DNA of 34,591 bases, from assembly GCA_964016885.1 (NCBI GenBank), contig CAXHJY010000979.1, forward strand, positions 1-34,591, in the 5' to 3' direction. Positions 1 through 19,445 of this stretch are shown in pieces. Every line of letters begins with the position of its first letter. The first letter of the stretch is position 1. A program made the translations under genes and the position numbers. This DNA is from Eledone cirrhosa (lineage: Eukaryota). The notes under the pieces were generated by a model. The model had not been told where the DNA came from, made no database searches, and saw only the letters and a list, made by a program, of their open reading frames with translations.

Positions 1-317
1 ATACAAACATATACACACACCTAACTATATTTCCTTATATTTTGTATATATTTTATATGTCTATTGCATTACCTTTATTTATATATATATATATTTTTTG
101 CATTTCTTGAGGAGACATTCCAAATATTTCACTATGTTTTATATTGCCTTGTCCGACGAACGAATGAGGACGTTTCTTTCGTATTCGTCTTATTCGGGAA
201 ACATCTGGTAATGAGGTAATTATATTGTATTGTCTATTATACATTAAATTTTGCTCTGGTACTTACATAGAGCACTCTTCACTCCTATGACTTTTTCAAT
301 TCAAATGGAAACTTCAA

Positions 318-1856
<1,539 letters not shown>

Positions 1857-2466
1857 TGTCAGGTCACCACTTGGTGCTACTGGTAACATGTATCCCAGTA
1901 CAACCTATCCCATGGTCGGGTCGTTGGCGACTAAACTGGCAACCCCACCAAGGTTTCTTGGTGAGGAGGGTGACTTTGGACATCCTGCAGGACTAAAAAC
2001 AAAACCTGTCAAAGGGCAAAGGAGCTCTTAAGAGTCAATGGCCATCCAAAATCACCGGGAGAGATGACCCCTTAGCCTTTGTCAAGGCAGAATTCTAGGA
2101 GAAGGAAAACTCTGATATAACACCTGCAACCCTGATGGTATCCAATGATGTTGACTTGTTCTTCTTTTTGGTAAATATCATCTTGGTTAAGAGAGTGGGA
2201 CTGGCTTTGTGCAGTGCCTTTGCTCACTATAAAAGCTTCACGGCGCAGGCATTGCTTTATATCTGGAGATCTCTCTGCACTTGTCCTCACATGGTACCAT
2301 GGGCCCAGCACTATGTGTCAATAATTGTCACAAGTGTAGTGTTTGTACTAGAGTTTTCAAGTCGCTGGCTGGACTGAAAAGTCACACTCGTTCAGCGCAT
2401 CGGTAGGGGTTCTCCTACATGGATATAAAGTAGTGGCCGTACTCGAAAACGAGTTGGCAGCCACCA
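1857..2466 (+). mobile_element. Non-autonomous RTE-derived element (SINE-like or internally deleted LINE), copy 1
   Basis: ~610 bp; second copy inverted at 6872-7479 with the same two ends. 2329-2406 translates [25 protein letters not shown] (C2H2-like RTE ORF C-terminus). Terminal stem-loop GTGGC-CTCG-aaaa-CGAG-GCCAC runs into (TA)n. CTAGGAGAAGGAAAACTCTGA resembles an RTE 5'UTR motif (from recollection). Confidence 0.75.
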
Positions 2467-2479
2467 TATATATATATAC

Positions 2480-2510
<31 letters not shown>

Positions 2511-2740
2511 CATATATATATAAATACATATATATATATAATATATATACATATATACATATATATACATATATACATATATACATATATATATATATAT
2601 ACATATATACATATATATAACATATATACATATATACATATATATACATATATACATATATACATATATATATATACATATATACATATATATACATATA
2701 TACATATATACATATATATATATATATACATATATATATA
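2467..2740. repeat. (TA)n/(TACA) microsatellite
   Basis: Direct reading. Confidence 0.97.
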
Positions 2741-6871
<4,131 letters not shown>

Positions 6872-7479
6872 TGGTGGCTACCAACTCGTTTTCGAGTACG
6901 GCCACTACTTTATATCCATGTAGGAGAACCCCTACCGATGCGCTGAACGAGTGTGACTTTTTAGTCCAGCCAGCGACTTGAAAACTCTAGTACAAACACT
7001 ACACTTGTGACAATTACTGACACATAGTGCTGGGCCCATGGTACCATGTGATTACAAGTGCAGAGAGATCTCCATATTTAAAGCAATGCCTGTGTCGTGA
7101 AGCTTTTATAGTGAGCAAAGGCACTGCACAAAGCCAGCCCACTCTCTTAACCAAGATGATATTTATCAAAAAGAAGAACAAGTCAACATCAGTTGATACC
7201 ATCAGGGTTGCAGGTGTTATATCATAGTTTTCCTTCTCCTAGAATTCTGCCTTGACAAAGGCTAAGTGGTCAACTGTGGGGTGATTTTGGATGGCCATTG
7301 ACTCTTAAGAGCTCCTTTGCCCTTTGACAGGTTTTGTTTTTAGTCCTGCAGGATGTCCAAAGTCACCCTCCTGACCAAGAAACCTTGGTGGGGTTGCGAG
7401 TGTAGTCGCCAACGACCCGACCATGAGAGAGGTTGTACTGGGATACATGTTACCACTAGCACCAACTGGTGACCTGACA
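6872..7479 (-). mobile_element. Non-autonomous RTE-derived element, copy 2
   Basis: Reverse complement of 1857-2466 with scattered substitutions and small indels; same termini. Confidence 0.75.
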
Positions 7480-9377
<1,898 letters not shown>

Positions 9378-9643
9378 AACGGAAAAAATGAAACGAAATT
9401 TCATTTCCCACTCTTAGTACGGCTGTTACTTAAATATAAGTATGTATACGTACATACATATATGTATACAGACGTACAGTAGTATGTATATATATATACA
9501 TACATGCACACATAGATATATATGTACGTATGGATTCACCGAACATTTATTATAATGCTTTGTGTGTTTGTAAACAAACATTCCGTATTAAGCCGTAGTG
9601 TCTAGCAACCATCCTTGCTCGTTTGTTCAACACTGACAAAGGA

Positions 9644-9686
9644 ACGCTGTACTAGTTTCAAGCTAATTAGCTATCGTCAGCAACGT
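9644..9686 (-). ncRNA. Minimal type-I hammerhead ribozyme (unit 1)
   Basis: Minus strand: ACGUUG CUGACGA U AGCU aauu AGCU U GAAA CUAG UA^ CAGCGU; full core, stem I with a G.U pair, palindromic stem III. Confidence 0.85.
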
Positions 9687-10063
9687 ATACCTTCCTGCCA
9701 GATTATTGAACGTATATACTTATCCTATGCATATTAACGGCTGAGTAGCCCAATTTGCATATCGAGTGGGTTAATCGGCCGGGTGCACCTAAAACGATAA
9801 ATGGAAAAAATGAAAAGAAATTTCATTTCCCATTCTTAGTACGGCTGTTACTTAAATATATGTATGTACACGTACATACATATATGTATACAGACGTACA
9901 GAAGTATGTATATATATATACATACATGCACACATATATATAAGTACGTATGGATTCACCGAACATGTATCATAATGCTCGGTGTGTTTGTAAACAAACA
10001 TCCCGTATTAAGCCGTAGTGTCTAGCAACCATCCTTGCTCGTTTGTTCAACACTGACAAAGGA

Positions 10064-10106
10064 ACGCTGTACTAGTTTCAAGCTTATTAGCTATCGTCAG
10101 CAACGT
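10064..10106 (-). ncRNA. Minimal type-I hammerhead ribozyme (unit 2)
   Basis: Same motif exactly 420 bp from unit 1; loop II AAUA. Confidence 0.85.
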
Positions 10107-10314
10107 ATACCTTCCTGCCAGATTGTTGAACGTATATACTTACCTTATGCATATTAACGGCTGAGTAGCCCAATTTGCATATCGAGTGGGTTAATCGGCC
10201 GGGTGCACCGAAAACGATAAACGGAAAAAATGAACCGAAATTTCATTTCCCACTCTTAGTACGGCTGTTACTTAAATATAAGTATGTACACGTACATACA
10301 TATATGTATACAGA

Positions 10315-10619
10315 CATCCCACCCTGTCTAAAATCTATGGCAAACTCCCTCGAGCCTCTGCCCTTCTAAAATCCCGGAGAGCTCAATTTGCTGGACACTG
10401 TCACCGTGCCAGCAATGAAATCATATCCGCTCTCTTGCTCTGGAACCCTGCCTCCAGCCTGACTAGCAGTAGGAAGCTGTAATTCCCTGACGTTATCTCT
10501 AGGGATACGGCAATCAGCAGACAGGACCTGGGGGAAGCGATGAGGGACAGGGGATTCTGGGGCATGAGAGTGAGATCCATCATCTCGACAGTAGTCGACG
10601 AGTGATGATGATGATGATG
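10315..10619 (+). mobile_element. 5'-truncated RTE/RTEX-type LINE 3' fragment with (GAT)n tail
   Basis: Translates HPTLSKIYGKLPRASALLKSRRAQFAGHCHRASNEIISALLLWNP...*FPDVISRDT...MRDRGFW (RR-x2-FAGHC and M-x-DR-x2-W motifs); ends GATGATGATGATGAT; absent from the other two units. Confidence 0.85.
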
Positions 10620-10766
10620 TATATATACATACATGCACACATATATATATGTACGTATGGATTCACCGAACATTCATTATGATGCTCGGTGTGTTTGTAA
10701 ACAAACATCCCGTATTAAGCCGTAGTGTCTAGCAACCATCCTTGCTCGTTTGTTCAACACTGACAA

Positions 10767-10817
10767 AGGAACGCTGTACTAGTTTCAAGCTTATTAGCTA
10801 TCGTCAGCAACGTTCCT
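10767..10817 (-). ncRNA. Minimal type-I hammerhead ribozyme (unit 3)
   Basis: Same core; a 6-nt deletion gives a continuous 10-bp stem I, AGGAACGUUG/CAGCGUUCCU. Confidence 0.85.
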
Positions 10818-10899
10818 GCCTGATTGTTGAACGTATATACTTACCTTATGCATATTAACGGCTGAGTAGCCCAATTTGCATATCGAGTGGGTTAATCGG

Positions 10900-10938
10900 C
10901 TGACGATAGCTAATAAGCTTGAAACTAGTACAGCGTTC
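10900..10938 (+). other. Inverted 39-bp copy of the hammerhead core at the array boundary
   Basis: CTGACGATAGCTAATAAGCTTGAAACTAGTACAGCGTTC is the reverse complement of 10769-10807; the 5' arm of stem I is missing. Confidence 0.9.
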
Positions 10939-11226
10939 AGGGGACCTATTAGTATTATGTCTACATAATGTATGGAGTGATAACATTGGATATATATAAG
11001 ATTAATTTATTAACATAAGAGATCTGTATAACCTATATATTGAGTGCAATGAACTATGTATGAATGGGAAGTGAGTTATATATGCAGGTACAACTTGAGG
11101 GATAGATTAATGACATTGTAAATGAGGGGTGGTTTTGTCTGCCATGGAGATATACTTGACTTTGCCATGCAGACAGCCATATACTTACCAGGGTTTATGT
11201 AGACATAATACTAATAGGTCCTCTGA
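10937..11226. mobile_element. MITE-like element with 32-bp terminal inverted repeats
   Basis: TCAGGGGACCTATTAGTATTATGTCTACATAA (10937-10968) versus its reverse complement at 11195-11226, one mismatch; AT-rich non-coding interior; no TSD discernible. Confidence 0.7.
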
Positions 11227-12177
11227 CATGTTCTGTGAGTAGACTACATTTGCAAGGAACTTTTATATAAAGATGTGGCTCTTTGTATGGAATATCCAGT
11301 TGTAGCACTCTATGATAGGGAGTAATCATCCTAATATAAATACCCTTAGAAAATCATGATAGAGTAGACTGTGTTAAAAATTGGAAACTTGATATAAATA
11401 TATAACCGTCTATAGAAGGGACTCAATTGTGACACCTTATAATGTATGTTAGAACAATAATTTAGTTATGGAAATCAGCTAGTTACCTCCCCTTACGCAT
11501 TAACCCCCCCCCCTAATTACACACATACTTCCGGATGATAAACCGATGTAAATTCTCGCAACGGAAACAACCTACCCTATACAATTGGATTAAAGAATAC
11601 TGAGCCGCAATAAGCTAAAATAATTTAATTTAATGAATCAAACATCCAATACGGAATCATTGTTAATTATGTGATGGATGTATAAACTATATATTACATT
11701 ACCTGAATGTGAAAATGGTGGTGGATACGAAAACCATAACTCTCTTTTTCTTCTCCTTTCTATTTCTATTTTTCTGCGCACATACTTTTTTATCATATAC
11801 AAAAAATACCTTACCACTGCAACCTCCATAATACTCTTACTTACCCACGTAAAGTGCTTGTATTACATGTAACACCCTGCCACACAATAATCATATATAA
11901 ATGAGACACACATAACTAACGCATACAATAACTACTACATCTGACTAACAAACTATCCTCTTGCATTATCTACGTTAACTGCCGAATGTATTTTAATTTA
12001 GTTTTAATTTTAATTTTGTTTTAATTTTGATATTGATCTTGACATTGAATTTGAATTGATATACGGAAGTAATATAATATACTATATGTCACTCCACTGT
12101 ACATCAATATATACATATGTATCTGTATGCCTCTTGCTTTGGAAGGGAGGTAAATCATGTATACAAACATTGGAAAA

Positions 12178-12223
12178 TGCTCCGAAGACACCAAGCCTAA
12201 GTTTGGATGAAACAATTGTAAGT
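12178..12223 (+). ncRNA. Degenerate hammerhead in the upstream pLTR of the + strand YRDD-type PLE
   Basis: GCU CCGAAGA CA CCAAGC cuaa GUUUGG AU GAAA CAAUUG UA AGU, then AAUAAA; core has CCGA instead of CUGA; palindromic stem III; flanks homologous to 17140-17285 (-). Confidence 0.55.
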
Positions 12224-12476
12224 TAATAAATGCTTTGAACATAGCTTTGATTCTTGTGAATTCTATATAACTGCTCTGTAGAACAACTGATGTTATTACA
12301 TTGAGCTATTTATCTTACTGGTAATAAGGTAGTAATTAATTACTGACCTTCACTGTTTAGGGTTGAACATATATATATAACTATAAATAGTTTTAGTATA
12401 TACATAACCATAAATAGTATCCTTAATATTATTAACTGCTCCATACTGTTGGGCTAACATACAATAAATTACCAGT

Positions 12477-14916
12477 ATGCTGATCAAAGACCAACTCCCC
12501 ATGTCAACCAAGAACATACCACTACCATCCAAGAATACATATGAGAAATTATTGATCAACAGTGTCAACTCCTTTATCAATACGGTGAGATGGAGACATT
12601 CCATTATGATAAGAGCAAATCTAACAAAGTTGATAATACTAACAAATTCGACTCCTTCGGCTTTAAAACTTTTAGAAGTCCCCCTCACAACACACTACTA
12701 AACTCCTTTGAAAATGACCTAATAAAACTAGTTAAGAACATTAAATACAAAAAACATCGCAATAAAAACAACACCTTCTTAAACAAACTTAACTCCTCTA
12801 TTAATGAATTCAAAGCAAGTAGTAACATTATTGTACATGCGGACAAAACTAATAACATATACAGCCTAGATTATGATACATATAGAAAGTTTATATATAA
12901 TGAACTACATAAAAGCTACAAGAAAACTACTATGAAAAACTTAGAAGAAATTAATATAGAAGGCCGTAGTATAGTGTCCAAACTAGGACTTCAGAGACAT
13001 ACACGACCATACACTCCAAACCCCCCTAGATTCTCTCAGAAAGACCATAAGGAGGATTTCATTAGCAACCCCTCGATTAGACTAATCTACCCTTCCAAGT
13101 CTGACATTGGCATTATCAGTAAGAACATTTTAGATAAAATCATCCCACAGATTAAACACAAAATATACCTTAAACAGTGGGGAAATACAGGTGAAGTTAT
13201 TGAATGCTTCAAGGATATCAAGGTAAACAAAGATAAAAAATGTATTCAATTTGATATCAATTCATACTACACCTCTATTTCCCCTATCCTATTAAATAAG
13301 GCACTAATTATGGCCATGGACGATAGTGACCTGACTAGACCCCAGATTGATGCAAATACTTGCGGTCCGTAAAGCCGTAATCACTTTTGAAGACCAGTTA
13401 TGGACCTGCAAGGATACGCAAAACAACTTCGACATAACCATGGGACCTAGTGACTCGGCGCAGGTCACTGATTTGGTGGGCCTATATTTACTAAACGAAA
13501 TCGATAAGGACCTTCCATACCTCAACGGTGGTTTGTACCGCGATGATGCACTTCTCCTTATAGACTATAAAAAAATTTATATAGAAAGAACTAGAAAACT
13601 ATTGCACAAGACTTTCAAAAACTATAACCTAAGTATCACCATAGACAAAAACACTAAAAAGGTTAACTTCCTAGATGCCACCCTCTACCTAGACTCTAGG
13701 GTATATACACCATTCCATAAACCTAACGAAAAACTGATTTACGTAGATATCAAGTCTAACCACCTTAGATCAATATTAAACTCTATCTCTAAGGGAATAT
13801 CCAATAGAATCTCTAATCTATCTTATGGCGAAAACATATTTAGCAAAAACACACAATACTATAATCAGGCATTAGCTAGATCAGGCCATAAAAATGAGAT
13901 CGAGTTCCTACCTACAAAAACACATAGTTACAACATTATATCGCACAATATGTCCATGAGGAAAAATAGTAATAAGAGTAATAACCACACACACTAGTAA
14001 GAAGGGTGGTAACAAACGTAACCCACACCACAGAAGTCACCAAAATACCATAAACGGAAGCATCGCACCAGACATAAAAAACAAAAATAGAAGAAGAAAT
14101 AATACATTTTTCAACCCACCTTGCAATCTAAACGTCCCTACCCACCTACCTAAGGCTTTCTTCTCACTCCTGGGTAAAAACTTCCCATCTGGCCAGAAGT
14201 ACCATAGTCTTATGAACAAAAACACAATTAAAATCTCCTACTCTAACACGCCTATCATAGCATACCACATAGCTAGTAGCAATAAAAGAAAAATTAATAC
14301 TTACTTCCAACAAACTAAAACACGGCAGGAGGTAAACCTCCTAAACAACGCTATATCTACAAACTCTGATATCAATAGTAATAATAGTAATAGCACTAGT
14401 GTAAGCAATAACACTGGGAGCGACAACCCCATAGCCATAATGCAATAACTATCAACCAGACTTCTACACAACATAATAACCGGCAGGTTAACATCCAAAA
14501 TAATTGTAACTGTAGATCTAATAGAACCTGCCCTTTAGATAAAAACTGCTTAATCAAAGACATCATATACTGATGCACCGTCATAACTAGCAACTCATCT
14601 GAAACCTATATAGGCGCTACTTCGAACTGCTTCAAAACCATTCTTTCAAAGAACACAGTCTAGCCAACTCCACTTCACTATCTAACTACATACACTATCT
14701 AAAAACTAAAAATAGATCTTATACACTTAAATGGAAAGTGATAGGTAAAGCGGCATCGTACAAACCACCTAATAAATTCTTCAACCTCTGTCTACTAGAG
14801 ACCCATACTATAGTCTTCTCAAACCATAACCACCTTAATAAAAAAAATCGGAAATGTTTGCGTCGTGCCAGCACCGCTTCCGACACTCCTTCCAAAACTT
14901 TAAACCCAATATATAA
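12477..14916 (+). pseudogene. Decayed Penelope-like element ORF (YRDD-type RT + C-terminal GIY-YIG endonuclease)
   Basis: Fragments in shifting frames: [61 protein letters not shown], then CNCR..CPL..C, TYIGATS and SCQH; several frameshifts and stops; colinear with 19567-21795. Confidence 0.92.
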
Positions 14917-15240
14917 CAATGTCAGACTTGAACCCATCACCACTTCTAACACTACACCTCAAGGGAATACCTTACAGCACAACTTCACACTCTCTAATCC
15001 ACCCTATCTCAACACAAATCATTCCATCTGTCTATAAATTTATATCCTAGAAATATCCCATTGGGCACCTACATTTTGGGTAATTACTTTCAACTGCTTA
15101 TAATTATATAGTAGTTGAGAGTGGTTATACTAGGGGTGGGTGTTCATGGTGTTCAATGGGTATCACTTATAATTATAAAATACAGTCTATGTAAGCTTTA
15201 AACATCTGATTCGACAATAAATTATTTATGCAAATGTGAT

Positions 15241-15816
15241 TTGTTAGACAAATCACAGAGGCAATAAACATAAAAGAATTACAACCAAAGAATTACAACC
15301 AATTACAACCAACATTAAATAGAAAATATGAGTGGAACAGCAACATCACAACTTACAATTAAGGACAAAATGAAAACAGACACGCACATAGAACAAACAA
15401 CCAACCTGTAACATGTAAATAAACAAATAAATAAACGAATATAAACACACACTAACACCCAATGTGGCGCATGCGCAGACTGACCACACAACACACACAC
15501 AGAAACAAAATGGCGTAGGACAGAACAAAGGAGAGGCAGAAAAACAAAGAAAAGAATCCCCAGTCACTGAAGAGGTCACAGAATGTGTGACGAAAGAACT
15601 CTGACAATATATAAACAACTATCTGGTTGTGGAACCAACCAACCAACCGGACATTTATAAATTCCTAAATTTATAAATCTATTATAATAAATTGAAGTGA
15701 AAGCAACTGGTGCGTGTGTTTCTTATTGGCAACATGGCCCTCCCAAAGTATAACAATATCGGTTTCAACACACGTTTTCAGATAAAGAATCTTGCTAAAC
15801 AAATTCAGAAACGAAA
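15241..15816 (+). mobile_element. pLTR / 3' end of a sister RYVDD-type PLE family
   Basis: Starts with GIY-YIG C-terminus RQITEAINIKELQP...LNRKYEWN (cf. RQIREASEIEIRRPKLNRKNEWN) and ends with the ORF N-terminus [22 protein letters not shown] (cf. [22 protein letters not shown]) running into (TA)n. Confidence 0.88.
15563..15605 (+). ncRNA. Minimal hammerhead ribozyme in pLTR
   Basis: GUCA CUGAAGA G GUCACA gaaug UGUGAC GAAA G AA C UC^ UGAC; 4-bp stem I, 6-bp stem II. Confidence 0.8.
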
Positions 15817-17088
<1,272 letters not shown>

Positions 17089-17950
17089 CTTAGGTTAGTA
17101 GGAGTTAGGTATTATATACCCGTGTCCCGTTAAGGTATTGGCAGCATAACAATTAGCTCTATGCTTTGAAGCAGAGCCGTATATATGAAAAAGAACACAA
17201 GAGCGTCTACAACATCAAAAGAGTTTTATTGGCTAACAATGTTTCTTCCTTACGTGTAACCGTAGGATTCATCAGAGCTATAAAAGGTGTTTGATTGGTG
17301 TTATGGACTCTACCAACCAAACACCCAAGAACAAAGGGTAGAGAGAGTAAAGAGCAAAAGTAGGGGACGATAAGTCTAATTTTGGTGCGGGAGGGTGGGG
17401 TGTTGGTCCTTGTTTACTAGCTGCGGTCATATTCATTCCCGGGGGTCGGGTGGTTAGCTGAACCATAGATGGGGTGGCGTGGGTAGTATGGTGCAGAGGG
17501 TGCGCAGAGGTTACACAAACACAAAGGGCGTAGAATACATATATACATATAGCGGTGGAGAAGGTACATGAGGTAATTAGAAATGGAAAAAGAGTAATAA
17601 TAATAATCTATAATTAATAGTGTATAATAAGGCATGGGGAAGATTACACTATAATAAGGTATAAAGGTAAGAATACGGTAAAATATAAAGGAGGATGAAA
17701 GTGGAAATAATACTAAAGATAAAAAATATATAGAGAATATATAAGGAAATATAAGCGAATATTTGGAGGGGAAAACAATGTAAAAAAAAAAACCGATTTT
17801 TTTCATACAATAATGAAAAATAATAAAAATATAATAATTATGGGGGGAGAAAACAGGATAGAGAAATATGATCAAATGTGATTCGTTGAGAGAATATAGG
17901 ATGATAATGGTTGTGTCCAGTTTATACATCTTAATAATAAATAATAAACA
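17089..17950 (-). mobile_element. 3' UTR/pLTR of a YRDD-type PLE, probably belonging to the ORF at 19567-21795
   Basis: Same strand as and downstream of that ORF; contains a hammerhead plus AATAAA; minus-strand CATAGAGCTAATTGTTATGCTGCCAATA aligns with CATTGAGCTATTTATCTTACTGGTAATA at about 12299; ends in (TA)n. Confidence 0.65.
17224..17285 (-). ncRNA. Type-I hammerhead ribozyme
   Basis: Minus strand: UUUUAUAGCU CUGAUGA A UCCUACG guuaca CGUA(A)GGA A GAAA CAUUG UU^ AGCCAAUAAAA. Confidence 0.75.
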
Positions 17951-17959
17951 ATATGTGTA

Positions 17960-18500
17960 TCAGAGTTGCAGAACCTTCAATTCACTTACGGGTTCAAGCC
18001 ACGTGGCATGGTCCATTGTTTATCTGTGCGGTCATGTGCGTTTGTTTTTGACACCACAGCAGATGCACAAGTTTGTAAATTCCAATGCAGATAGAAGTCA
18101 ATTTTTGCTCACCCGGACATTCACCGAGGATCCAATATTCCTAGTTCAATATGTGTTTGGTGTTATTTTGTTCGCACAAATCAATCAATTGGTTCAATAT
18201 ATGGAGTATGGTTTCCTGGTCTTCGTGACAGTGTCATTGGTTGTATATTTGGAAGTCACAAGGATCACATTACTCCGGTTTGGTGTGATTATCGGTCATC
18301 CAGCTATGTTGTTGGTGGTTGGATTCAAATCTATTCGCCCAAACGTTGAACTTTGGTGTCCATAGGACATCAACGAAGCAGGGTGATATCGCATCTGTGG
18401 TACAAAACGGTACGGAAGGAAATTCTTCGTCTTCGTTTCATCCGGGTCCAGTAGTCACGTGCAAGAACCGCTACGTAGTAGTTGTGGGGTCAATCAGTCA
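17960..18500 (-). mobile_element. Possible decayed non-LTR retrotransposon C-terminal (zf-RVT-like) fragment
   Basis: One minus frame reads ..HCHEDQETILHIL..LC..EYWILG..IYKLVHLLW with several stops; weak resemblance to the C-x-ET-x2-H motif of L1/Tx1-type ORF2 ends. Confidence 0.25.
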
Positions 18501-18542
18501 AGTCAGCAACTGACCGTAAATTCAGGCAGCCATAACAGCTTT

Positions 18543-18793
18543 TTTATGTGTGTATGTGTGTCCGACACACACAGACACATATCTATATGTATTTCAACCC
18601 CAAAAACTCAGATGATTCACCCAGTGGTACTACGATCGGTCAAGACAGTAACTGGCCGACAGTTCCCTTAGGGATTCAGACAGGCATGACAGGTATATTT
18701 AGGTCAAGAGCCTCCTTATGTGTCCGTGTGTTCGATACACACAGACACATATCCACATGTATTTCAACCCAAAAAGTTTCAGTTGATTCCCCC
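18543..18793 (+). repeat. Two diverged direct repeats about 173 bp apart
   Basis: ACACACAGACACATATC-x3-ATGTATTTCAACCC..AAAA..TCAG.TGATTC.CCC at about 18543-18621 and 18716-18793. Confidence 0.8.
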
Positions 18794-19079
18794 ATTGATG
18801 TCATATCTGTGCTGTTTGGATATGCATGCTGTGGTGTTCTGGTCGTGCATATCATTCACTGTATTTTGCCACTACATTGGAATGTGATGTTATGGTCATC
18901 AATAGTTCGGCAAGCGCATTTCGCTCTTATATTGCGTAGAATGGTGTTCTGGTCCTCAGTAAACATCCAGGTCAGTAGGAGGGGGTGGTGGTTCTCAGTT
19001 TCAACTTCGACAATACATATGTGTTACTCTGCATATCGTGCTCCTCTCAGAGAAGAGTATTATAGGGGGAATTCATGCC

Positions 19080-19445
19080 ACACAGCACACATAGAGAGAA
19101 TTTCTACAGAAGAGTATGCATACATATATACACACATACATACATTATACACTTACACATACCCACTCATACGCCTACATACATATATTCACATACATGT
19201 CACACATACTCATACACACAATATAATACGCATGCATACAATATACATATACACACACACACATGCATATACATATATATACACATACATATATATACAT
19301 ACATGTACACACAATATACTTACATAGAATGCACGCACACATGCATGCATGCATGCACACACGCACGCACACCTACACATATGTCTGCGTGCGCGTGCGT
19401 GTGAGAGATAAAGGGAGAATACACACACACACACACACACACGCA
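19080..19445. repeat. Degenerate (CA)/(TA)/(CG) compound microsatellite
   Basis: Direct reading. Confidence 0.9.

Larger units (their letters stand above)
9378..10938 (-). mobile_element. Tandem array of ~420-bp hammerhead-containing non-coding units (candidate non-LTR retrozyme)
   Basis: GGAAAAAATG recurs at 9381, 9803 and 10223; three units, the third interrupted by a LINE fragment; one hammerhead per unit on the minus strand; short inverted hammerhead piece at 10900-10938. Confidence 0.8.

Noticed and set aside
152-200. CCGACGA...hairpin...GAAAC resembling a hammerhead
   Set aside because: Core is altered, stem II does not abut GAAA and no stem I pairing is evident.
9378-10899. CRISPR array or protein-coding repeat (MHIEWVNRPG.. 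ORFs)
   Set aside because: Whole units repeat with no unique spacers, no cas genes, eukaryotic context; ORFs are short with non-ATG starts.
11181-11192. ATACTTACCAGG (and ATACTTACCT at about 10136) resembling the U1 snRNA 5' end
   Set aside because: No downstream U1 sequence; better read as antisense splice-donor-like motifs or chance.
11530-11570. CGGATGA...GGAAAC hammerhead-like words
   Set aside because: No convincing stem II or stem I.
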